Under the pieces are notes generated by a model. It searched no databases, was not told the DNA's origin, and worked only from the letters and a program-made list of their open reading frames with translations. From the NCBI GenBank assembly GCA_020354945.1, contig CP070655.1:43034-57644 (forward strand): a stretch of 14,611 nt of DNA, in the 5' to 3' direction. The DNA comes from Candidatus Omnitrophota bacterium (GTDB lineage Bacteria; Omnitrophota; Gorgyraeia; JABMRG01; JAFGKX01). Below are positions 7,251 through 14,611 of this stretch, piece after piece; position 1 is the stretch's first letter, and each line of letters begins with the position of its first letter. The translations under genes and the position numbers were made by a program.

Positions 7251-10200
7251 TAGAGCGTAAAGATAAAAACCATTTTGATAGAATTTCAATAAACGTAGCT
7301 TCACCGGAAACAATAAAGCGCTGGTCCCGTGGCGAAGTTAAAAAACCTGAAACGATAAATTACAGGACCTTAAGGCCTGAAAAGGACGGCCTGTTCTGCG
7401 AAAGGATATTTGGGCCTACCCGTGATTGGGAATGTAGCTGCGGTAAATACAAAAGGATAAAGCATAAGGGTATTGTATGTGACCGTTGCGGAGTAGAAGT
7501 TACACTTTCGAGAGTCAGGCGAGAACGTATGGGCCATATTGAATTGGCAACGCCGGTATCCCATATATGGTTTTTTAAAGTAAGCCCTTCTAGAATAGGG
7601 ACTGTATTAGGTTTAACTTTAAGGCAATTGGAAAAGGTCCTGTATTATGAGGAATATATAATATTAGATCAGGGAGAAACCCCCCTTAAAAAGAAAGACC
7701 TTCTTACAGAAGATAAGTATAGACAGTATAAGGAAAAATATGGCGGGGGTTTCAAAGCCCAGATGGGCGCAGAAGCCATCAGGAAATTGCTTGCTGAAGT
7801 TGATTTTTCAAAAACGGCAGCCAGATTGAGGAAAAACCTGAAAGAAACCAAAAGCACTCAGTCCAGGAAACGACTGGCTAAAACTCTTAAATTAATAGAA
7901 GCTTTTAAGACCAGCGGCAATAAGCCTGAATGGATGATTATGGATATTATTCCGGTAATTCCACCGGATTTAAGGCCGCTTGTGCCGCTTGAAGGGGGTA
8001 GATTTGCTACAAGCGATTTAAACGATCTTTACAGGAGAGTAATAAACAGGAATAACAGACTTAAAAAATTAATAGAATTAAAAGCACCGGAGGTCATTAT
8101 TAGAAATGAGAAAAGGATGCTTCAGGAAGCAGTGGATGCACTATTTGATAACGGAAGGCATGGTAGAGCTGTCCTTGGCCCAGGGAATAGGCCCCTTAAA
8201 TCATTAAGTGATATGCTAAAAGGCAAGCAAGGCCGGTTCAGGCAGAACCTTTTAGGCAAAAGAGTAGATTATTCCGGCAGGTCTGTAATAGTAGTTGGGC
8301 CGAAACTTAAATTATATCAATGTGGCCTGCCAAAAAAGATGGCGTTGGAACTTTTCGAACCCTTCATTATAAAAAAGCTTAGAGAAAGAGGTTTTGTGCA
8401 CACCATAAAAAGCGCAAAACGTATGGTTGAGAAGGCAGAGTTAGAAGTCTGGGATATATTAGATGAGGTTATCAAAGACCATCCTATTCTTTTAAATCGC
8501 GCACCCACTTTGCATCGTTTGGGGATTCAGGCTTTTCAGCCTTTATTAATAGAAGGCAAGTCCATAAGGATACATCCTTTAGTTTGCACTGCTTTTAACG
8601 CGGATTTTGACGGGGACCAGATGGCTGTTCATGTCCCGCTTTCAACCGAAGCACAGGTAGAATCTAAGATACTTATGCTCTCCTCAAACAATATATTTTC
8701 GCCGGCTAACGGCAGCCCTATAACAACGCCTACTCAAGATATTGTTTTAGGACTCTATTTTGTCACAAAGCAAGAAGAGAAACCAAAAGAGCAGATAAGG
8801 ACTTTTTCTTCAAAAGACGAAATAACAGTGGCTTTTAGCGACAAAGTGATATCGATACATGAAACTATAAAGTTGAAAATTAAAGATGAATTAATAAAAA
8901 CGACAACCGGCAGAGTCTTGTTCAACGAGATACTACCAAGAGATTTTCGTTTTGTAAATGAATGCCTGGATAAGTCAAAAATCCAAGGAATTATAACCGA
9001 ATGTTATAGCAAATTTGGACATTCGAGAACTGTACAGCTTTTAGATGATTTAAAAGAGATGGGTTTTAAATGGGTAACATTAGCAGGTCTTTCCATATCG
9101 ATGGACGATCTGGTTCTGAGCAAGGAAAAGGAGAAGATTATAAAAACCGCATACGATGAAGTAAAAGATGTAGAATCTCAATATAAAAAAGGTTTCATTA
9201 CTAATAGAGAAAGATATAATAAAATTGTAGATATCTGGACTCACACAACCGACACAGTTTCAGAAAAGGTACTAAAAGGTTTAGGGGAATTTAATCCTAT
9301 ATATATGATGGCCGATTCTGGTGCGCGCGGTTCAAAACAACAAATAAGACAGCTAGCCGGTATGCGCGGATTAATGGCAAAACCGTCCGGTGAAATCATC
9401 GAAAATCCAATAATAGCAAGTTTCAGAGAGGGATTAACAGTGCTGGAATATTTTATTTCAACCCACGGAGCCAGAAAAGGCTTAGCAGATACCGCACTTA
9501 AGACAGCAGATTCAGGTTATTTAACAAGAAGGTTAGTGGATGTGGCCCAGGATGTTATTGTGACAGAAGGAGACTGCAAAACATTAAATGGTATTCTAAT
9601 CAGCGCAATAATAGAGGGGGATGAGGTTGTAGTTCCTTTAAAAGAAAGAATAATCGGCAGAATTGCATTAGATAATTTAGTCGATGTTATAACTGATGAG
9701 TTATTGCTAAAAGCCGGCGAAGAGATTGATGAAGAAAAGGCAGCAAAGATTGAACAGGCTGGTATCGAAAAGATTAGAATAAGAAGTGTTTTGACCTGCG
9801 AGGCTAAAAAAGGTGTTTGCGCTAAATGCTATGGCAGAAATTTAGCAACAGGCAGGTTAATTGAGTTGGGCGAGGCAGTGGGGATAATAGCTGCACAATC
9901 TATAGGCGAGCCTGGCACACAGCTTACTATGAGAACCTTTCACATCGGAGGCACCGCCAGCAGAATATTTGAACAGTCCAATATAAAAGCCAAAAACGAT
10001 GGAATAATAAAATACCATGGTTTAAAGACAGTAAAGAAGGAAGAGGCCAAGGAGATTATAGTGCTTAATCGAAATGGCCAGATATCCATTAACGATACCT
10101 CAGGCAGAGAGTTTGAACGTTATACCGTTCCTCATGGGGCAATCATAAAAGTTGAAGATGGCGCAAGAGCAGAAAAGGGAGAAGTCTTTGTTCGGTGGGA

Positions 10201-11323
10201 TCCCTATATGTCACCTATTATTACCGAGGTCAGCGGCAGGGTTAGATTTGAGGATATTAGAGAAGGTGTTACTATGCGGCAGGAGATAAATCCGCAAACT
10301 AAACTCATTGATACGGTCATCGTTGAACACAAAGGAGAATATCACCCTCAGTTAATTATTCAGAATGAGAAGAAGGAGGTATTGGCGATATATCCGATTC
10401 CTGCAGGGGCCCATATTCTGGTTAAAAATGCTAGATTAGTAAAAGCGGGTGATTTATTGGCTAAGATTCCAAGGGTAATTACAAAGACAAAGGATATCAC
10501 CGGTGGATTACCAAGAGTGGCTGAACTTTTCGAAGCTCGCCGCCCCAAAGACCCGGCTATTATTAGTGAAATAGACGGTACGATTGAGTTTGGTGGTTCA
10601 AAGAAAGGACAAAGAATTTTAGTTGTTAAAAGCCCTACAGGGATGAAGAAGGAATATTTAATACCGCATGGCAAACATCTAAATGTATACAAGGGGGATA
10701 AGGTCTATGCCGGACAACAATTAATTGATGGTCCGGTAGTGCCACAGGATATTTTAAGGGTTTCAGGGGATAAGGCCTTGCAGGAGTATCTGGTAAACGA
10801 AGTTCAGGAGGTCTACAGGTTGCAGGGGGTTAAGATTAATGATAAGCATATCGAGATAATAGCACGCCAGATGCTTAAGAAGGTAAGGATTGAAGATCCC
10901 GGTGATACAAATTTGCTAATAGGTTCACATGCTGATAAGGAAATATTTAATGAAGAAAATCAAAGAGCATTAAAGAAAAAAGGTAAGCCTGCCAGTGCCA
11001 CCCAGATATTGTTAGGTATTACCAAGGCGTCGTTAAGCACCCAGAGTTTTATCTCCGCAGCCAGTTTTCAAGAAACAACAAGAATATTAACAGAAGCCGC
11101 AGCCGAAGGGAAAACAGACCAACTTTACGGATTAAAAGAAAACGTCATTATGGGACATCTTATTCCGGCTGGCACAGGTTTTAAAGCCCATAGTAACATT
11201 GAAGTAGTTAAGGTCCCGGCGCTCGGAGAAGAGAAACCGGCAGAAGCAGCCGAAGCAAAGAAGAAGAGAAAGAAGAAGAACGTAAAGGTAAAGGCAAAGG
11301 TGAAGGTGAAGAAGGGGAAATGA
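7247..11323 (+). CDS. rpoC: DNA-directed RNA polymerase subunit beta-prime
   Basis: N-terminal zinc-finger cysteines, catalytic NADFDGD, bridge helix [13 protein letters not shown], trigger loop [13 protein letters not shown]. Overlaps the rpoB stop via ATGA. Confidence 0.99.
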   Translation: MIERKDKNHFDRISINVASPETIKRWSRGEVKKPETINYRTLRPEKDGLFCERIFGPTRDWECSCGKYKRIKHKGIVCDRCGVEVTLSRVRRERMGHIELATPVSHIWFFKVSPSRIGTVLGLTLRQLEKVLYYEEYIILDQGETPLKKKDLLTEDKYRQYKEKYGGGFKAQMGAEAIRKLLAEVDFSKTAARLRKNLKETKSTQSRKRLAKTLKLIEAFKTSGNKPEWMIMDIIPVIPPDLRPLVPLEGGRFATSDLNDLYRRVINRNNRLKKLIELKAPEVIIRNEKRMLQEAVDALFDNGRHGRAVLGPGNRPLKSLSDMLKGKQGRFRQNLLGKRVDYSGRSVIVVGPKLKLYQCGLPKKMALELFEPFIIKKLRERGFVHTIKSAKRMVEKAELEVWDILDEVIKDHPILLNRAPTLHRLGIQAFQPLLIEGKSIRIHPLVCTAFNADFDGDQMAVHVPLSTEAQVESKILMLSSNNIFSPANGSPITTPTQDIVLGLYFVTKQEEKPKEQIRTFSSKDEITVAFSDKVISIHETIKLKIKDELIKTTTGRVLFNEILPRDFRFVNECLDKSKIQGIITECYSKFGHSRTVQLLDDLKEMGFKWVTLAGLSISMDDLVLSKEKEKIIKTAYDEVKDVESQYKKGFITNRERYNKIVDIWTHTTDTVSEKVLKGLGEFNPIYMMADSGARGSKQQIRQLAGMRGLMAKPSGEIIENPIIASFREGLTVLEYFISTHGARKGLADTALKTADSGYLTRRLVDVAQDVIVTEGDCKTLNGILISAIIEGDEVVVPLKERIIGRIALDNLVDVITDELLLKAGEEIDEEKAAKIEQAGIEKIRIRSVLTCEAKKGVCAKCYGRNLATGRLIELGEAVGIIAAQSIGEPGTQLTMRTFHIGGTASRIFEQSNIKAKNDGIIKYHGLKTVKKEEAKEIIVLNRNGQISINDTSGREFERYTVPHGAIIKVEDGARAEKGEVFVRWDPYMSPIITEVSGRVRFEDIREGVTMRQEINPQTKLIDTVIVEHKGEYHPQLIIQNEKKEVLAIYPIPAGAHILVKNARLVKAGDLLAKIPRVITKTKDITGGLPRVAELFEARRPKDPAIISEIDGTIEFGGSKKGQRILVVKSPTGMKKEYLIPHGKHLNVYKGDKVYAGQQLIDGPVVPQDILRVSGDKALQEYLVNEVQEVYRLQGVKINDKHIEIIARQMLKKVRIEDPGDTNLLIGSHADKEIFNEENQRALKKKGKPASATQILLGITKASLSTQSFISAASFQETTRILTEAAAEGKTDQLYGLKENVIMGHLIPAGTGFKAHSNIEVVKVPALGEEKPAEAAEAKKKRKKKNVKVKAKVKVKKGK

Positions 11324-11328
11324 CGTGT

Positions 11329-11375
11329 TTCGTTATGGTGTTATAGCGTTTGATACGCAATAACGCAATAACGAA
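11329..11375. repeat. octamer-repeat inverted repeat in the rpoC-rpsL spacer
   Basis: TTCGTTATGGTGTTATAGCGT (11329-11349) / ACGCAATAACGCAATAACGAA (11355-11375): 21-bp stem with 18 Watson-Crick pairs and loop TTGAT. The right arm is built of ACGCAATA units. Confidence 0.8.
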
Positions 11376-11399
11376 CGAGTATTCCAAGGAGTTAGCAAC

Positions 11400-11828
11400 G
11401 TGCCAACCATAAATCAACTTATAAGAAAAGGAAGAAAAAAAATAAGAAGCAAAGGTAAATCCAAGGCCTTACGAAATTGCCCGCAGAAAAGAGGAGTTTG
11501 TTTACAGGTTAAAACCCAAACGCCTAAAAAACCAAACTCTGCTCTAAGAAAGATAGCCAGGGTAAGGCTTACAAATGGCATAGTTGTTACGGCCTATATT
11601 CCGGGTGAAGGCCATAATTTGCAGGAGCATTCAATCGTATTGGTGAAGGGCGGTAGAGTTAAAGACTTACCAGGAGTAAGATATCATATAGTCAGAGGTA
11701 CACTGGATACACAGGGTGTAGCCAATAGGACAAAGAGCAGGTCTAAATATGGTTCGAAAAGAGGCAAAGGGGTAGTTGCCCCAGCAGCCGCTGCCGCGAC
11801 GCCAGCACCTGCGCCGGAAGAAAAATAA
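11400..11828 (+). CDS. rpsL: 30S ribosomal protein S12
   Basis: [37 protein letters not shown] motifs. GTG start with SD AAGGAG at 11386-11391. Confidence 0.99.
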   Translation: MPTINQLIRKGRKKIRSKGKSKALRNCPQKRGVCLQVKTQTPKKPNSALRKIARVRLTNGIVVTAYIPGEGHNLQEHSIVLVKGGRVKDLPGVRYHIVRGTLDTQGVANRTKSRSKYGSKRGKGVVAPAAAAATPAPAPEEK

Positions 11829-11849
11829 TGAAGTCAATAAGGATGCATA

Positions 11850-12320
11850 ATGAGACGTAAAAGAGCGCCAAGAAGAGATATAATAGCTGACCCTAAATAT
11901 AATTCAAAACTGGTTTCGAAGTTTATAAATATACTAATGTTAAAAGGGAAAAAATCTACATCTGAGAAAATAGTTTATGGGGCTTTCGATATAATCGAAA
12001 AAAGATCGGGTAAAGATAACCCTTTAGAGGTTTTCAAGAAAGCTATAGAAAATGCCAGGCCTAGAGTTGGGCTTAAACCCAGACGAGTGGGGGGTGCAAC
12101 GTATCAGATACCTGTAGAGGTTAAAACTGACCGGGGTACTGCAATTGCGCTCAGGTGGATACGCAATTTTGCAAAAGCAAAAAAAGGCAAACCAATGAAA
12201 GAACGTTTAGCCGATGAGATTCTGCAGGCTTATCAGAATCAGGGCGCTGCAATAAAGAAGAGACAGGACACCCATAAGATGGCGGAAGCAAATAGAGCCT
12301 TTGCGCATTTCAGATGGTGA
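11850..12320 (+). CDS. rpsG: 30S ribosomal protein S7
   Basis: [14 protein letters not shown] and [15 protein letters not shown] motifs. Confidence 0.99.
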   Translation: MRRKRAPRRDIIADPKYNSKLVSKFINILMLKGKKSTSEKIVYGAFDIIEKRSGKDNPLEVFKKAIENARPRVGLKPRRVGGATYQIPVEVKTDRGTAIALRWIRNFAKAKKGKPMKERLADEILQAYQNQGAAIKKRQDTHKMAEANRAFAHFRW

Positions 12321-12323
12321 AGG

Positions 12324-14384
12324 ATGCGGAATAAACACGATCTAAATAAACTGAGAAACATTGGTATCATTGCTCACATTGATGCCGGTAAAACTACCAC
12401 TACTGAAAGAATGCTGTATTATACCGGCAGGGTGTATAAGTTAGGCGAGGTAGACGAAGGTACTGCAACTATGGACTGGATGGCTCAAGAGCAGGAAAGG
12501 GGCATAACCATTACATCTGCTAGCACCACCTGTATATGGAAAGATTATACCATAAATATACTGGATACTCCTGGTCATGTAGACTTTACGGTTGAGGTAG
12601 AGCGCTCCCTGCGAGTATTGGACGCAGGGGTAGTTATATTTTGCGGAGTAGGTGGAGTTGAATCACAAAGTGAGACAGTCTGGCGGCAGGCAGACTATTA
12701 TAGAGTTCCCAGGATATGTTTCATAAACAAAATGGACAGAACAGGCAGTGATTTCTTTAGAGTCGTAAAACAGATAAGGGAAAGATTAGGTGCAAATGCA
12801 GCTGCTATTCAATTACCTTTAGGAGTTGAATCAAATTTTAACGGGATAATAGACCTTATAAATATGAATGCAATAGTATATAAAGATGAGAAAGGCCTGA
12901 ATTATAAATCAGGCAAAATTGCGGATGAGATGGAATCTAAAGTAGAAGAATATAGACACAGGCTAATAGAATCAGTGGCCGATGCAGACGATGAAATTAT
13001 GGCAAAGTTTATCCATGATGAAGAAATAACACCGGATGAATTAAAGGCTGCGATACGTAAATCAACCATTAAAGCAAAATTTATTCCAATCACCTGTGGA
13101 GCGGCATTAAGAAATAAAGGGGTGCAGCCATTGCTTGATGCTATCTGTGATTTTCTGCCCAGCCCTTTAGAAGTGCCGCCCATTAAAGGATTCCAACCAA
13201 GAACGAGCAAAGAGATTTCGAGAAAACCGAACAATAATGAACCATTCTCAGCACTCATTTTTAAGATAATGAGCGATCCTTTTGTTGGTAAATTGACATT
13301 TTTTAGAGTTTATTCCGGCAGATTAAAGTCCGGCAGTTATATATATAATTCATCGAAAGAAATCAAAGAAAGAGTAGGTAAAATTGTAAAAATGCACGCT
13401 AATAAACAGCGGATAATTCCCGAAGTTTATGCCGGCGATATAGCAGCAGCAGTTGGTCTGCGCGAGACAAAAACCGGCGATACTATATGCGATGAAAGGC
13501 ACCCCATCATATTAGAGAGTATGCATTTTCCTGAACCGGTCATATTTTTAGCCATAGAGCCAATATCTAATAATGACCGGGAGAAATTGGCCCTGGCATT
13601 AAAGAAATTTCAAGACGAGGACCCTTCATTTAAAGTAAGACATGATGAAAATACAGGGCAGACGATCATATCGGGCATGGGAGAATTACATCTTGAGGTT
13701 ATAGTAAATAGGATGCTTAGAGAGTTTAATGTGATTGCGAATGTAGGCAGGCCACAGGTTGCTTATAAAGAGACATTAACTAAACATGCCAGCGCAACTG
13801 CGAAATTTATTCAACAGACCGGAGGAAGAGGTCAATACGCTCATGTGGTACTTGATGTAGCGCCAGCAGAAAATGGTTCAGGTGTTACTTTTGCCAGTAG
13901 AATAAAAGGAGGGGTTATACCGAAAGAATTTATACCGGCAGTAAAAGAAGGCATTATGCAAGCATCCAGGAGCGGAGTTGTTTCAGGTTATCCGGTTACG
14001 GATATATCTGTAAGATTGATTGATGGTTCATCTCACGAAGTCGATTCTTCTGAATTGGCATTTAGGACAGCAGCTTCAATGGGCCTTTCGGATGCTTTAA
14101 GAAAAGGAAATTCTGTATTGTTAGAACCATTTATGAAATTAGAGATAGTTTCTCCTGAAGAATATTTGGGAGATGTTATAGGAGATTTTAACTCAAGAAG
14201 AGGCAGGGTTGAATCTATTAAACAACGCGGAAATATCAAGGTTATAAAAGGGGATGCGCCATTGGCAGAGATGTTCGGATATGCAACAGCATTAAGAAAC
14301 CTTACCAAGGGTAGAGCAACTTATACCATGGAACCTGCTTATTATAAACAGGTTCCCGAACACGTAATGGAGAAGATATTTTAA
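12324..14384 (+). CDS. fusA: elongation factor G
   Basis: [45 protein letters not shown] and QTGGRGQY motifs; str-operon position. Confidence 0.98.
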   Translation: MRNKHDLNKLRNIGIIAHIDAGKTTTTERMLYYTGRVYKLGEVDEGTATMDWMAQEQERGITITSASTTCIWKDYTINILDTPGHVDFTVEVERSLRVLDAGVVIFCGVGGVESQSETVWRQADYYRVPRICFINKMDRTGSDFFRVVKQIRERLGANAAAIQLPLGVESNFNGIIDLINMNAIVYKDEKGLNYKSGKIADEMESKVEEYRHRLIESVADADDEIMAKFIHDEEITPDELKAAIRKSTIKAKFIPITCGAALRNKGVQPLLDAICDFLPSPLEVPPIKGFQPRTSKEISRKPNNNEPFSALIFKIMSDPFVGKLTFFRVYSGRLKSGSYIYNSSKEIKERVGKIVKMHANKQRIIPEVYAGDIAAAVGLRETKTGDTICDERHPIILESMHFPEPVIFLAIEPISNNDREKLALALKKFQDEDPSFKVRHDENTGQTIISGMGELHLEVIVNRMLREFNVIANVGRPQVAYKETLTKHASATAKFIQQTGGRGQYAHVVLDVAPAENGSGVTFASRIKGGVIPKEFIPAVKEGIMQASRSGVVSGYPVTDISVRLIDGSSHEVDSSELAFRTAASMGLSDALRKGNSVLLEPFMKLEIVSPEEYLGDVIGDFNSRRGRVESIKQRGNIKVIKGDAPLAEMFGYATALRNLTKGRATYTMEPAYYKQVPEHVMEKIF

Positions 14385-14467
14385 TGGGGACGCCTTCCGA
14401 GGTGCCACCCTTCAACATAAAAAAGGAACATCTGTGCTGAAGGGTGGCACCTCGGAGGACATCCCCA
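14385..14467. repeat. long GC-rich inverted repeat in the fusA-tuf spacer
   Basis: Perfect 19-bp inverted repeat TCCGAGGTGCCACCCTTCA (14396-14414) / TGAAGGGTGGCACCTCGGA (14438-14456). Extends outward to 14385/14467, about 30 bp with two mismatches and one G-U pair. Confidence 0.9.
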
Positions 14468-14471
14468 AATC

Positions 14472-14478
14472 AAGGAGG
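14472..14478 (+). promoter_or_regulatory. Shine-Dalgarno site of tuf
   Basis: AAGGAGG 5 nt upstream of the ATG at 14484. Confidence 0.85.
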
Positions 14479-14483
14479 AAGAA

Positions 14484-14611
14484 ATGGCAAAGGAAAAATA
14501 TGTAAGGAGCAAACCTCATATAAACATCGGTACCATAGGTCACGTAGACCACGGTAAAACTACTCTTACCTCAGCCATAACTATGCTATTAAATAAAAAG
14601 GGTATGGCTGA
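14484..14611 (+). CDS. tuf: elongation factor Tu (5' partial, runs off the window)
   Basis: Manual translation [42 protein letters not shown]..., containing the EF-Tu P-loop GHVDHGKT. Confidence 0.97.
   Translation, partial: MAKEKYVRSKPHINIGTIGHVDHGKTTLTSAITMLLNKKGMA

Noticed and set aside
3546-11323. Inteins or introns in rpoB/rpoC
   Set aside because: Lengths are ordinary, frames are uninterrupted and no intein splice or homing-endonuclease motifs were seen.
11520-11680. Streptomycin-resistance alleles in rpsL
   Set aside because: PKKPNSA and RVKDLPG are wild-type.
359-14308. All minus-strand ORFs in the track (e.g. 359-610, 853-1293, 5783-6133, 6094-6501, 12902-13258)
   Set aside because: They are antisense shadows of conserved genes or the tRNA, with Phe/Ser/Leu-rich composition mirroring Lys/Glu codons and no recognisable domains.
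12324-14384. fusA as a degenerate EF-G2 paralogue or pseudogene
   Set aside because: Intact frame, canonical G1, RGITI and DTPGH motifs, and str-operon position. The short C-terminus (EKIF) is minor variation.

Overview
AT-rich bacterial core-genome window holding the complete translation/transcription supercluster, all on the + strand: (probable 3' tip of tuf)-rpmG-tRNA-Trp(CCA)-secE-nusG-rplK-rplA-rplJ-rplL-rpoB-rpoC-rpsL-rpsG-fusA-tuf (5' partial). The RpoB motif [13 protein letters not shown] suggests a PVC-superphylum organism, possibly Omnitrophota-like; this is an inference. No accessory genes, mobile elements or CRISPR arrays are visible. The unusual signals lie in the spacers and protein termini. 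(i) A four-unit heptamer array (consensus CTGAWAA) directly precedes the start codons of rpmG, rplK and rplA, where a Shine-Dalgarno site or L1 operator would be expected. (ii) Most longer spacers are filled by an inverted-repeat module, from several different families. (iii) There is no room for the L10 leader. (iv) L11, L7/L12, beta-prime and S12 carry low-complexity terminal extensions.
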